A stretch of 64,000 nucleotides of DNA. It comes from Heptranchias perlo (Eukaryota). The DNA lies in assembly GCF_035084215.1 (NCBI RefSeq), contig NW_027139581.1, forward strand, positions 4,278,001 to 4,342,000. The letters run 5' to 3'. Under the pieces are notes generated by a model. That model saw only the letters and a program-made list of their open reading frames with translations, was not told the origin of the DNA and searched no databases. The stretch's first letter is position 1. The number at the start of each line of letters is the position of its first letter. Below, in pieces: positions 24,801 to 36,300 of the stretch. The position numbers and the translations under genes were made by a program.

Positions 24801-25855
24801 GATACAAGTACATTCTAGTAATAGTGGATACCTTCACCAAATGAGTGGAAGCTTTTCCGACCAGAACAAACACAGTCAAAGTTACTGCGCAAATTCTATT
24901 CGAAAAGGTGTTTACCCGTTGGGGTTTACCCCGAAGCATGGAATCGGATCAGGGAACACATTTTACAGCCCAAGTAATGCAAGATGTTGTGACCCTTTTT
25001 GGGGTCAGACAAAGATTTCACATACCCTATAGACCACAGTCTAGTGGAATTGTGGAAAGAATGAATCGGACATTGAAAAACATGACAGCCATAATGGTGC
25101 AGCAGCACAAGACAACCTGGCAAGTGGTTCTGCCCTTTGTGCTGATGATAGTCAGGAATACCGTGGCTTCATCAACAGGCTACACTCCTTATAAACTCAT
25201 GAGAGGAAGGGGCATGAGTGGAATGGAGGTGTTGGTAGGTTTGGATTTGTCTGAACCCGAGGTAGATCACATTATATCAGAAAAATGGGTACAACAGCTA
25301 GTGGAAGCAGTAAAAGAAGCAAATTATGTAGCCGCTCACCGACAGGGAAAGAAGAAACAGCAAAGCAAGACTTATTTAGATGCAAAAGCCAGCCCGACAG
25401 AGTTGAGCCCCGGACAGAGAGTAATGATTAGAATACAACAGCCCACCTCATTCTTGAGTCCAAAATTTGCCGGTCCCTATGAGATAGTGGACAAAGCTAG
25501 CCCATCTGTATACAGGATATTAACGGCACCAGATAAGAGTGGCTGGTACCACATTAATCAGCTAAAGTTGGTAGGAGAAAAACAAGATAATCACCATTGG
25601 CATGTGCTGCTCGATGCTAACGATGTTCCGAATTCTGAAGGTCAGGGAGATCAAGAACAGGACCAGCTACAGGTCCAAGAGGAGGTGATCGAAAACAAAT
25701 TTGAAACTGTCCGTTCACATACAGAGGCGAATCCAGGAAAAAAAAAAGAAAGAAAAATAAAACAAAAAGGGGGAATAAGTGGGTTAGAAGAAACGGACGG
25801 TTCGAATCTGAAACAAATTGGGAACAGGATATGGACGGTCTGGCTCAGTATATAG
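21896..25855 (+). pseudogene. pol: Provirus pro-pol (protease, RT, tether, RNase H, integrase), in frame with gag, two premature stops
   Basis: LWDT(E)GS protease, LPQGF and YVDDLL RT, a degenerate RH/tether (RPVSYASR), an RNase HI fold (FVDGSS, SAQAAEL, YSDS, KVKAH, GNRKAD) and IN with H..CLIC, VDTF, SDQG, VERMN and GPY. Stops at 24557-24559 and 24842-24844, with no frameshift. Confidence 0.93.
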
Positions 25856-25938
25856 AGAGACTGGACTTATGATAGGACTTAAAAGAAACTGTAAATAAGA
25901 GCAGAAATTACACTTGTTTATTACAGGTCCAGCCGAGA

Positions 25939-28308
25939 ATGAAGGGGATGATGCATTTTGTTGCTATCGGATTGAACATCATCAGAACTGCGGTTGAACC
26001 TGCCTCGGAGCCGTCACGACGAATGAACGTGCCTGAAGCAGTGTCGACGGCGGAGGGATATCCCGAGACTAGGGACAACTTTGCTCTGCAGAATAAGACA
26101 GTCCGAACCAACAAAGGGAAACGAGAGGATTTAAATTTGTATTGTACGGGAGTGGATGGGTTAGCGTGCGCGGGAAAGACTTTGGGTATACCGGAGGGAG
26201 CGGCAGTACAGTTTTCATGCAACACAGTTCTAGAGGTGACATTGTTGGTAATCCCAGAGGGAAAAATCATTAATTAATTTGCGGGTCCATTTATGGAGCG
26301 ACCATCAGGGAGCACACCGATGTAAATATTGACTGGGGTAGTGACTTATACCGGAAATATTACGTTGGGGCGGTGTTTCATATTCCCCGGCACGGAAGCA
26401 ATTTGACCTACCCGTTAAAAAGAGTTCATAACGTGGGCAAGTATCATGAGGGTACTTGGATATCTTTGAGCAGCCCACCATCTCATGCTTTTGTAATGGA
26501 CGGTGCTGAGAAAGGGGTAGATTTGTCAAAGTGTCACCAAGGAGGGAATCACTGGGCCTGTCCAGAAGAGATAACGAGACAGAAACTTATTAATTGCGGG
26601 TTCAGTACTTATGAAAATTGTTCATTGTCCATTTTGCCGGTTAACAACCAGTCCTTTTTACAACACGCCCTTGTGGGACAAACGTATTACATAGCCACAG
26701 CGGCTATGAACTATAAAAAAGTATGGAAACAGTGCCCTCTGGAAGGACACAATGTGGCCATTAACAATGTGACCTCAGACCTGGTTGTCGGTGGACAAGT
26801 TCTGCCTAAGCCAATAATGAGGTTGGTAATAAACGAAAACCTCACAGTCCAACGGACCGATATAGACCAAGATCTGCGGAAATATGTTCCTACCGAACTA
26901 CCACCCATTCCGCACCTGACGACAGATTGGACGCAAATAGCAGAGGAAGCCAATGAGATAATTCATCAATGGACGAAACACACTAAAATAATTAAAACTC
27001 ATGCTGATAAAGCAGATGAACTGCTACAGGACCCCAGGTTCTGTGATAAGTTTTGGAATTAGAATCATAGAATCATAGAATCATAGAAGTTTACAACTTC
27101 GGCCCAACATGTCCGAAGGGCCTGTTTCCTTCGGACATGTTGGGCCGAAGGAAACAGGCCCTTCGGCCCAACATGTCCATGTCGCCCAGTTCATACCACT
27201 AAGCTAGTCCCAATTGCCTGCACTTGGCCCATATCCCTCTATACCCATCTTACCCATGTAACTGTCCAAATGCTTTTTAAAAGACAAAATTGTACCCGCC
27301 TCTACTACTGCCTCTGGCAGCTCGTTCCAGACACTCACCACCCTTTGAGTGAAAAAATTGCCCCTCTGGACCCTTTTTTTATCTCTCCCCTCTCACCTTA
27401 AATCTATGCCCCCTCGTTAAAGACTCCCCTACCTTTGCGAAACGATTTTGACTATCTACCTTATCTATGCCCCTCATTATTTTATAGACTTCTATAAGAT
27501 CACCCCTAAGTCTCCTACTCTCCAGGGAAAAAAGTCTCAGTCTATCCAACCTCTCCCTATAAGTCAAACCATCAAGTCCCGGTAGCATCCTAGTAAATCT
27601 TTTCTGCACTCTTTCTAGTTTAATAATATCCTTTCTATAATAGGGTGACCAGAACTGTACACAGTATTCCAAGTGTGGCCTTACTAATGTCTTGTACAAC
27701 TTCAACAAGACATCCCAACTCCTGTATTCAATGTTCTGACCAATGAAACCAAGCATGTCGAATACCTTCTTCACCACCCTATCCACCTGTGACTCCACTT
27801 TCAAGGAGCTATGAACCTGTACTCCTAGATGTCTTTGTTCTATAACTCTCCCCAACGCCCTACCATTAACGGAGTAGGTCCTGGCCCGATTCGATCTACC
27901 AAAATGCATCACCTCACATTTATCTAAATTAAACTCCATCTGCAATTCATCGGCCCACTGGCCCAATTGATCAAGATCCCGTTGCAATCCTATATAACCT
28001 TCTTCACTGTCCACAATGCCACCAATCTTGGTGTCATCTGAAAACTTACGAACCATGCCTCCTAAATTCTCATCCAAATCATTAATATAAATGACAAATA
28101 ACAGCGGACCCAGCACCGATCTTGGGGATCTAATGTTCAAATACATCCATGGATCAGGATGTTATCACATGCTGCTGTGGTTGTGATTGTATGTGCATTA
28201 ATACTTGTCATATTCAATGTATATCAGCTCAGAAGGTGGAAACATGAAATTTTGCAACAATTGAGTGTTTGTGCAATAATGAAACAGAAAAAGCGATTAT
28301 CAATATAA
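25939..28308 (+). pseudogene. env: Provirus env-like glycoprotein (~430 aa reconstructed), frameshift near 26273 and CR1 insertion 27061-28121
   Basis: A splice acceptor ttgtttattacAG (25926) precedes ATG 25939. The ectodomain is Cys-rich with N-glycosylation sequons. After removing the CR1, DKFWN joins WGSNVQIHPWIRMLSHAAVVVIVCALILVIFNVYQLRRWK (TM and basic tail), with the stop at 28306-28308. Confidence 0.8.
27061..28121 (-). mobile_element. 5'-truncated young CR1 inserted in env
   Basis: Near-identical to 15726-16735 and has an (ATTCTATG)n tail. Confidence 0.95.
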
Positions 28309-28488
28309 GGGCACTGTGTGAATTATATTTTATACGCTTCATTTTTGTATTTTTTCGACAACCATTTATATTTTTTCTTTTACCATATCATATCGCGGAT
28401 GTAACGTGCCCATTGTGGGACAATGACAACCTCAGGAGTGGTACACAGAAAGGGATTATAATGATCCTAAGATAAGCATCTTTGGATC

Positions 28489-28501
28489 AAAAGGGGGGAG
28501 A
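28489..28501 (+). promoter_or_regulatory. Polypurine tract
   Basis: aaaaggggggaga immediately before the 3' LTR. Confidence 0.9.
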
Positions 28502-29245
28502 TGTTGGCCAGGGGCTGCAGAAAACTACTGAGTATAATACGAATTGCGAACAACGACACTGAATTTTCAACTGAGGTGACCTGGAGTTCAGTCACTGGTC
28601 TAAACTGGCCAGAACCGGTTTGAATTCGTTCCGCTTCTTAGAGGGACAAAGGAGCTTTGATGAGACACCAGGCCTTATTTAGAAAAGGAGTAATGAGGTG
28701 ATGCTACCGAGCCCCTTGGAACAGAGCCAATCAGGGGATGACACTGACCACTCCAGCAACTTTAAGCCAACCGGAGCAGACAGCATCATTCGAAAAGACA
28801 GGCTTGAAGTTAAAACTGAAGAATTGCAGGCTTGGTGCCAGTGTGTTTGTGAGGGCGACTCCAGAGACCAACTATCGCGGAAGTAGGGACCCTACGTCAG
28901 GGACGTAGAGACTACGTCAGGGATGTAAAGACGACGTCGAGAGAGAGAGAACGAATCGCCTGGCCAGCGTTATCTCTCCTTTCCGGGTAATATAATATAC
29001 TTTCTATTCTGTGACCACTCAGGGATGTGTTAGTCAGGGAAACCTAGTGGGTGTGCGTTTAAATCCTAGTTTGAGTATAAAACTGTATAACCTGCTGTAA
29101 AATGCATGCCTATATCTAACCAGACGTATAAGCGGTATGTACATGATCTAATAACGTTAATAAAGCGAATTGAGAATTAAGAGGGAATTGACTCTCCTGC
29201 TCTGTGTCCTAAGCCAAAACAGTTACCGGTGACTTCCGGTCAACA
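28502..29245 (+). repeat. 3' LTR (744 bp)
   Basis: TGTTGGCCAG...CCGGTCAACA, colinear with the 5' LTR. Confidence 0.93.
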
Positions 29246-30350
29246 TGGTGTTGGGGGTAATATACTGGCATGGACTGAGGATTGGCTTACTAAAGGGTCA
29301 TTTTCAAAATGGCAATCTGTAACTGGTCGGGTGCCGCAGGGCTCAGTGCTGGGGCCTCAACTATTTACAATATATATCAAATGACTTGGATGAAGGAACA
29401 GAGTGTCTTGTGGCCAAATTTGCTGATGATATAAAGATAGGTGGAAAAGCAAGTTAGGAGAAGGACACAAAGTGTCTGCAAAGGGATATTGACAGGTTAA
29501 GCGAATGGGCAAACATTTGGCAGATGTAACATAACGTGGGAAAATGTGAATTCAGCCACTTTGGGAGGAAAAATGAAAAAAGCAAAATATTATTTGAATG
29601 GAGAAATACTACAAATTGCTGCAGTACAGAGGGATCTGGGTGTCCTCGTACATTACACACAAAAAGTCAACATGCAGGTGCAGCAGGTAATCCGGAAGGC
29701 AAATGGAATATTGGCCTTTATTTCAAGGGGGATGGAGTATAAAAGCAGGGAAGTCATGTTACAACTGTACAGGGTGCTGGTGAGACCACACCTGGAGTAC
29801 AGCGTACAGTTCTGGTGCCCTTATTTAAGGAAGGACATACTTGCATTGAAGGCAGTTCAGAGAAGGTTCACAAGGTTGATTCCGGGCATGGAAGGGTTGC
29901 CTTCTGAGGAAAGATTGAACAGGGTGGGTCTATACTCACTGAAGTTTAGAAGAATGAGAGGAGATCTTATTGAAACATACAAGATTCTGAGGGGAATCGA
30001 TAGGGTAGATGCTGAGAGGATGTTACCCCTCATGGGGGAATCTAAAACGAGGGGACATAGTCTCAGAATAAGGGGTCGCCCGTTTAAGACGGAAATTAGG
30101 TCGAATTTCTTCTCTCAGAGGGTCGTGAATCTTTGGAATTCTTTACCCCAAAAAGCTGTGGAGGCTGAGTCATTGAATACATTCAAGGCTGAGTTAGACA
30201 AATTGTTGATCAGCAAGGGAGTCAAAGGATATGGGGAAAGGGCGGGAAAGTGGAGTTGAGGTAAAAATCAGAGCAGCCATGATCTCATTGAATGGCGGAG
30301 CAGGGTCGAGGGGCCGAATTGCCAACTTCTGCTCCTGTCTCTTGTGGTCT
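29246..30350 (+). mobile_element. CR1 LINE 3' fragment
   Basis: PQGSVLG, KFADD, LVRPHLEY and NFFSQRVV motifs. Confidence 0.9.
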
Positions 30351-30860
30351 TATCACCACTTTGTACCCTATGCATCTCCACTTTAAACCCTGTACATCTC
30401 CACTTTATACCCTGTACATCACGACTTTAATCCCTGTACATCACCACTTTAAACCCTGTACATCACCACTTTAAACCCTGTACATCACCACTTGATACCT
30501 AGTACATCACCACTTTCAACCCTGTACATCACCACTTTCAACCCTGTACATCACCACTTTATACCCTGTACATCTCCACTTTATACCCTGTACATCACCA
30601 CTTTATACCCTGTACATCACCACTTTATAACTAGTACATCACCACTTTAAACCCTGTACATCACCACTTTAAACCCTGTACATCACCACTTTAAACCTTG
30701 TACATCACCACTTTAAACCCTGTACATCTCCACTTTATACCCGGTACATCACCACTTTATACCCTGTACATCACCACTTTATATCCTGTACATCTCCACC
30801 TTATACCCTGTACATCTCCACCTTATACCCGGTACATTACCACTGTATTCCCTGTATATC
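30350..30860. repeat. 22-bp minisatellite
   Basis: Unit accctgtacatcaccacttta(t/a), with period 22 (30541 and 30563). Confidence 0.92.
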
Positions 30861-30894
30861 AACGCATTGTTCCAATAGTTTTCAATTGAGTTGA

Positions 30895-32290
30895 GATAAA
30901 GCAGGAAATCATAAACACGTTCGTCTGTCATCAATTGTGGGGAAGTTGGTAGAATCTGTTATTTGGGAAAGAGTGACTGAGAATCTGGAGAAATTTGAGC
31001 TGATCAGAGAAAACAGCATGTATTTGTAAAGGTTAAGTCATGTCTAATGAAACCCGAGTTAAAATTTTTGAAGAGGTAATTAATGTGGTCGGCAATGGCG
31101 TGTCTGTGGATGTTATTTATATTGACTTCCAGAAGACATTCGATAAGGTTCCACATTATAGTCTGTTAATATAATCGAGAATGCATGGGATTGGAGGCAA
31201 CCCTTTGGCTTGGACAGGGAATTGGTTTGGAGTTACGAGACAGGGAGTAGGTTTAATGAGTCTGTACTCTAATCAGCAGGATGTGACTAGTGGTGTCCCC
31301 AGTGCTCTGCACAGGGACCGCAGCTTTTCACTGTATTGATAAATGACTTGGATGAAGGAATATGGAGCCTTATATCTTCGTTCACTGACGACATCAAGTT
31401 AGGTAGCACAATAAATATTGTAGATGGGAGCAGATAGTTGCAAAGGGACATTGATAGATTAAGTGAATGGGCAAAACTGTGGCAGATGGAGTTCAAAGTG
31501 GGAAAGTGTGAGGTCATCCGCTTTGGTCCTAAGAAAGATAGATCAGGATATTTTCTAAATGGCGAGAAGCTGGGAACTGTGGAAGTGCCGCGAGATTTAG
31601 GGGTCCAAGTACAGAAATCATTAAAAGCTGAAGCACAGGTCCAAAAATTAATTGAAAATACGAATGGAACGTTGGGCCTGATCACAAAAGGCTGGAATAC
31701 AAAAGGGTGGAAGTTATGTTCCAGTTGTACAGAGCTCTGGTCAGACCCCAGCTGGAGACTGCGTTCAGTTCTGGGCACCGCATCTCAGGAAGGATATTTG
31801 GCCTCGGAGGGGGTGCAGCACAGATTCACCAGAATGTTATCGGGGTTAAACGGTTAAATGATGAGGACAGGTTGCACAGACTAGGCTTGTATTCTCTTGA
31901 ATATAGAAGATTAAGGGGTGATCGAATTGATGTTTAAGATGATTAAAGGATTTGATAGGGTAGATAGAGGTAAACTATTTCTTCTGGTGGGCTAGTCCAT
32001 GACAAGGGAGCATAATCTTAAAATGAGAGGTTCAGGTGTGATGTCAGGAAGCATTTTTTCATACAAAGGGAGTGGAAATCTGGAATCCTCTCCCCCAAAA
32101 GCTGTTGATGCCGGGGGTCAATAGAAAATTACAAAACTGAGATTGATAGATTTTTTGTTGGGCGAGGGTATTAAGGGTTGCAAAACCATGGGGGTAAATG
32201 GAGTTAAGATACAGATCAGCCATGATCTAATTGAACGGAGGAATAGGCTCGAGGGGCTGAATGGCCTCGTCCTGTTCCTCTGTTCCAAAG
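30895..32290 (+). mobile_element. CR1 LINE fragment, old and decayed
   Basis: DFQK.FDKVPH, FTDD and WQMEF..GKCEV remnants with a tail. Confidence 0.85.
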
Positions 32291-32633
32291 GAGAAGTGAA
32301 ATGATTCTTAAAGGATAATTCTCTGGTCCTCACACCATGGGCTGCATGTGTGCCCCACCCGCCCGCTTTCGGCAAACAAATGAAACAAGAGCCAGGCGGA
32401 CGGGAGCTTCATACACCCGCCCCAGGCCGCACCAGAGGACTTAGCGGGGCGAAAGACCAGGAGGAATCAAGCGGGACTGATCTCCGCGGACTTCCCCACC
32501 TCTCCCGTCCCTGTTAGTCACTAAATCAGGGCGGTGAAAGATGAAAACCGGCCTCACTGTGTTTGTATCACAGAGATGAGGGGATTGGGCAGAACACCAG
32601 ACCAACACCTTGTGATGATGGAAAGTCTTCTCA

Positions 32634-33532
32634 TTATTTAATGAATTTAACAATTCCAGTCAAGGGATATTTCACCACATTCTTCAACTCCTCTCTGAAT
32701 TTAGTCTGGGTCACGGCATAAATACACGTGTTGGTGCAGCAACTCAGGAGCTGGAGCATAAATCCCAGTTCTTTGACAATTGCAGGTAGATATACATGAA
32801 TAAAGTCTAACAGCTCCAATCGATTCCATACAAAATACAACAGAAACACCGCCCACAACAGGATGAAATTCCCCGATATAACGAACAGTAAAATGATGGA
32901 TTTCCTTCTCTTCTCCATCTCTGGGTCACTGGGACTCTCCCCACTGCTGTGAGCCTGGAGTCTCCTGCGGACTCTGCTCGACAATAAAATGTGTCTGACG
33001 GTTAAAACATTGAGCAGCAGAATCAGAACAAATGGAACAAATGGGGTTACAATATAATGAAGGAATTCAATTACTGCCCACACCTGTGAAGAACGAACAT
33101 AATGTGATACGTAACAAAACCAGGGATCATTACTAATCCAATATTCACCTCCAAGCATAAAGTACCAGAAAGTGTTCTTCACACAGAACAGCACACTCAC
33201 GGTTCCCAGAACCACAGCCGCCGTTTTCTCGGTGCAATATTTTGTTTTCAGCTTCTGGCAACAAATGGCCACAAATCGATCAAAGGTGAATGTGACTGTG
33301 AACCAGACAGAACAGTCTGTGACTGCGTGAAGCAGGACGGCGTGGATATTACACACTTTAAATGCCCACATGAACTCAAACTGAGTCGAATAAAGAATAG
33401 GAATTTGCCTGAATATCAGATCAGTGATAATGACCAGTAGATCGGCCGCTGCCATGGACACCAGGTAACGAGTGACACATTTGGAGAGACCGCACCTTCC
33501 TCCAGACAGGACCACAATCGTCACTAAGTTCA
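32634..33532 (-). CDS. GPR139/GPR142-like GPCR, copy 2, exon 2
   Basis: Same 899-nt exon and motifs as copy 1. Acceptor ttcctTACAG at 33534-33533. The frame is open. Confidence 0.9.
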
Positions 33533-33589
33533 CTGTAAGGAAGAGAAAAACAGGGAATTGCACATCAGTCTGAGAGTAAAAGCAGCAGC

Positions 33590-35320
33590 CTGGTCGCTCA
33601 TCCCTGGGAACATTCTACTAAATCTCTTCTGCACCCTCTCCAAGGCCTTGAAATCCTTCCGAAAGTGTGGTGCCCTTAATTGGAGACAATTGGACAGCTG
33701 AGGCCTGACCAGTGATTTATAACCAGTGGTTAGTCCACTCTTGGAGTATTGTGCACAGTTGTGATCTCCATTAATAACAATGGTTTAAAGGCACTGGAGT
33801 GAGTGCAAAACAGATTTACAATGATGATACCAGAACTGAGAGGATATACTTATCAGGAGAGGCTGAACAGGCTGGGACTCTTTTCTCTCCTTTTTTTCAC
33901 TTGTGGTGGAGTGGGGGGACAAAACTCGTGGTCATAAATATAAGATAATGACCACCAAATCCAATAATCAGTTCAGGGGAGACTGAGTTACCCAGGGACT
34001 GGTTAGAATGTAGAGCTCGCTACCACAAGGAATATTTGAGGCGAATTGAATAGATGCATTTAAGCGGAAGTTAACTAAGTACAAGAGGGAGAAAGGAATG
34101 GAAGAATATGCTGATAGGGTGAGATGAAGTAGAATGGGAGGAGGCTCGTGTGGAGCATAAACACCGGCATGGACCAGTTGGGCCGAATGGCCTGTTTGTG
34201 AGCTGTAAATTCTATGTAATTCTATGTAACCCGAGTTTAGGAATTTTTAAATTGAGGCTTCGCTCGACCTTGAGCCAATGTAGGTCAGCAAGCAGAGGGG
34301 TGATGGGTGAACGGGACTAGGTGCGAGTTTGGATGCGGGCAGCAGAGTTTTGGATGAGCTCAAGTTTATGGAGGGTGGTGGGAAGACCGGCGAGAAGAGC
34401 ATTGGAATAGTCGAGTCCGGAGGTAACAAAACCGCGGATCAGGATTTCAGCAGAAGATGGGCTGAGGCTGGGGCAGAGACGATGATGTTAGGGAGGTGGA
34501 AGTCGGCGAGCTTGGTGATGGAGAGGACATGGGGACAGAAGCTCAGCTCAGGGTCAAATAGAACGCCTACTGGTCTGGTTCAGCCTCAGACTGTGACCAG
34601 GGAGGGGGATGGAATCAGTTGCGAATGAACGGAATTTGTGATAGGGGCCGAAGACAATGGCTTCAGTCTTTCTAATGTTTAAATGGACGAAATTTCTGCT
34701 CATCCAGGACTGGACGTTGGATTCGCAGTGAAGGGGTCGAGAGAGGCGGTGGTGAGAAACAGCTGGGTGTCAGTTCCATGTGGAATCTGACTTTGTGTTT
34801 TCGGATGATGTCGCTGAGGGGAAGCTTCAATTTGTGAAATGGGAGGAGGTCAATGATTGTTCCTTGTGGGACACCAGAGATAACGGTGCGGGGGCGGGAA
34901 GATGAATCATTACAGGAGATTCCCTCGCGAATCCTGAATTGATAGGAATGGAACCAGGCGAGGGCAGTCCCACCCAGTTGGACAACGGACGAGAGGCGTT
35001 GGAGGTGGCTGGTGCGGACACCCGTGTCAAAGGCTGCAGACAGGCCAAGAAGGAAGAGGAGGGATAGTTTTCCACGGTCAGTCACATGGGATTTCATTTG
35101 TGACTTTGATTCGGGCCGTCTCAGTGCTGTGGCAGCGGTGGAAACCTGATTGGAGAGGTTGCTAATGCATTTGCAGGAAAGATGGGCACAGATTTTGGAA
35201 ACGACAACACGTTCAAGGAGAGGAAAGGGAGGTTGGAGATGGGGGCGGTAATTTACAATGACCGAGGGGTCATGGATTTTTTTTGAGGATGGGGTGATGA
35301 CGGCAGATTTGAAGAGGAGA
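33590..35320. mobile_element. Intronic CR1 fragments (33590-34230) and L2 fragment (34240-35320, minus)
   Basis: Paralogous to the copy-1 intronic repeats at 4590-6040, so they predate the duplication. Confidence 0.8.
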
Positions 35321-36103
35321 CGAGAGAGAACCGTGAATAAAAGGGTTAACTTTCCCCCTTTGGACATTAAATTTGGACATTGTAAGTTTAAACTGCAAAG
35401 GCAGCAATGTGCAGAAACTTTGAGAAGCTTCGGTTTTCAACAACAACTGATCTGAATGAAAGCAACGATGAGTGGAAGCTTCGAAAAGCTTCGAACTGGC
35501 TTTTGGTTCTCAAAACAACTAAGAACCTTAACAGATAACAACTTGGAAAAAACAATGCTGAAACAGTTAGAAACCCCTGGGAAAGACAATTCAAGTTACT
35601 TGTTCACAGGTAACAGGAGTTTTAAGGTCTGCTGGTTATAGTTAATGACACTGATCTGTGGAAACCAGCGCTAACAGATAGGTCACCAATACACTCTGAA
35701 ATATTGGACAATATCCAATAATGATTCAGCTCCAGGCAGCTGTCTTACTCTATGAACACATATTTCTGATCCGATACTAGGGTTCAGTGCAGAGAGCAGA
35801 CGGCAAACTGTTCAATAAAGAGAATCGTCCACCAACATTCCTTGTGTACGAGACTCAAATAACAGGCAAATCCTAAAAAATGACCATCAGTTGAAGAAAG
35901 TCATAAAAAGAACAGACTGTTCATTGGACTGGGACCAATGAATCGGCAACTGTTCACATGTTACATGAAGGAAACAAGGTGCATTAACAGACACTGAACA
36001 AGAGGATTACACTGAATACAATTAATAACCGGGTCTAAAGAACAAGGACAGTAAATACAGTTAAATATGGTTTACAGAATTAATTGCTGAAATAATGACT
36101 TAC

Positions 36104-36200
36104 CAGGAACACCAACAGCAGCGAGGAGCGGATAGTAAATCTTTTGTACATCAAAAATTGCCCACAGAATCCGAAGCTCAGTTGGAATATACCAGAACAT
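36104..36200 (-). CDS. GPR139-like GPCR copy 2, exon 1 (MFWYIPTELRILWAIFDVQKIYYPLLAAVGVP)
   Basis: ATG at 36200, 97 nt long, CCTG|GTAAGT donor. Confidence 0.88.
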
Positions 36201-36227
36201 GACTTCATTATCTCTGAGATCCAATGA

Positions 36228-36300
36228 TCACTGTTTGTACTGGAGGCAAAGCTGCATCAAACACTCTGCTGTGACGCCTTGAAAACAGTCCCTATTTATG
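36228..36300 (-). promoter_or_regulatory. TATA variant (CATAAATA) and 9-codon uORF (36257-36228) of GPCR copy 2
   Basis: ATG CAG CTT TGC CTC CAG TAC AAA CAG TGA is in frame with the main ORF, with the same spacing as copy 1. Confidence 0.55.

Larger units (their letters stand above)
14646..29245 (+). mobile_element. Endogenous retrovirus-like provirus (lokiretrovirus-like: LTR-gag-pro-pol-env-LTR), defective
   Basis: Paired LTRs TGTTG...CAACA, PBS, PPT, gag CCHC knuckle, RT YVDD, two RNase H folds, DDE integrase and an env with a TM anchor. Confidence 0.9.

Noticed and set aside
21920-25855. APOBEC-type G-to-A hypermutation (both pol stops look like TGG to TGA; protease DTG to DTE)
   Set aside because: There are too few events, the dinucleotide contexts are inconsistent, and many other lesions are not G-to-A. 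A family consensus would be needed to test it.
14646-29245. Classification as a foamy virus or an ordinary Gypsy element
   Set aside because: The CCHC knuckle and in-frame gag-pol argue against foamy. The tether plus second RNase H, late domains and env argue against ordinary Gypsy. Phylogeny is still required.
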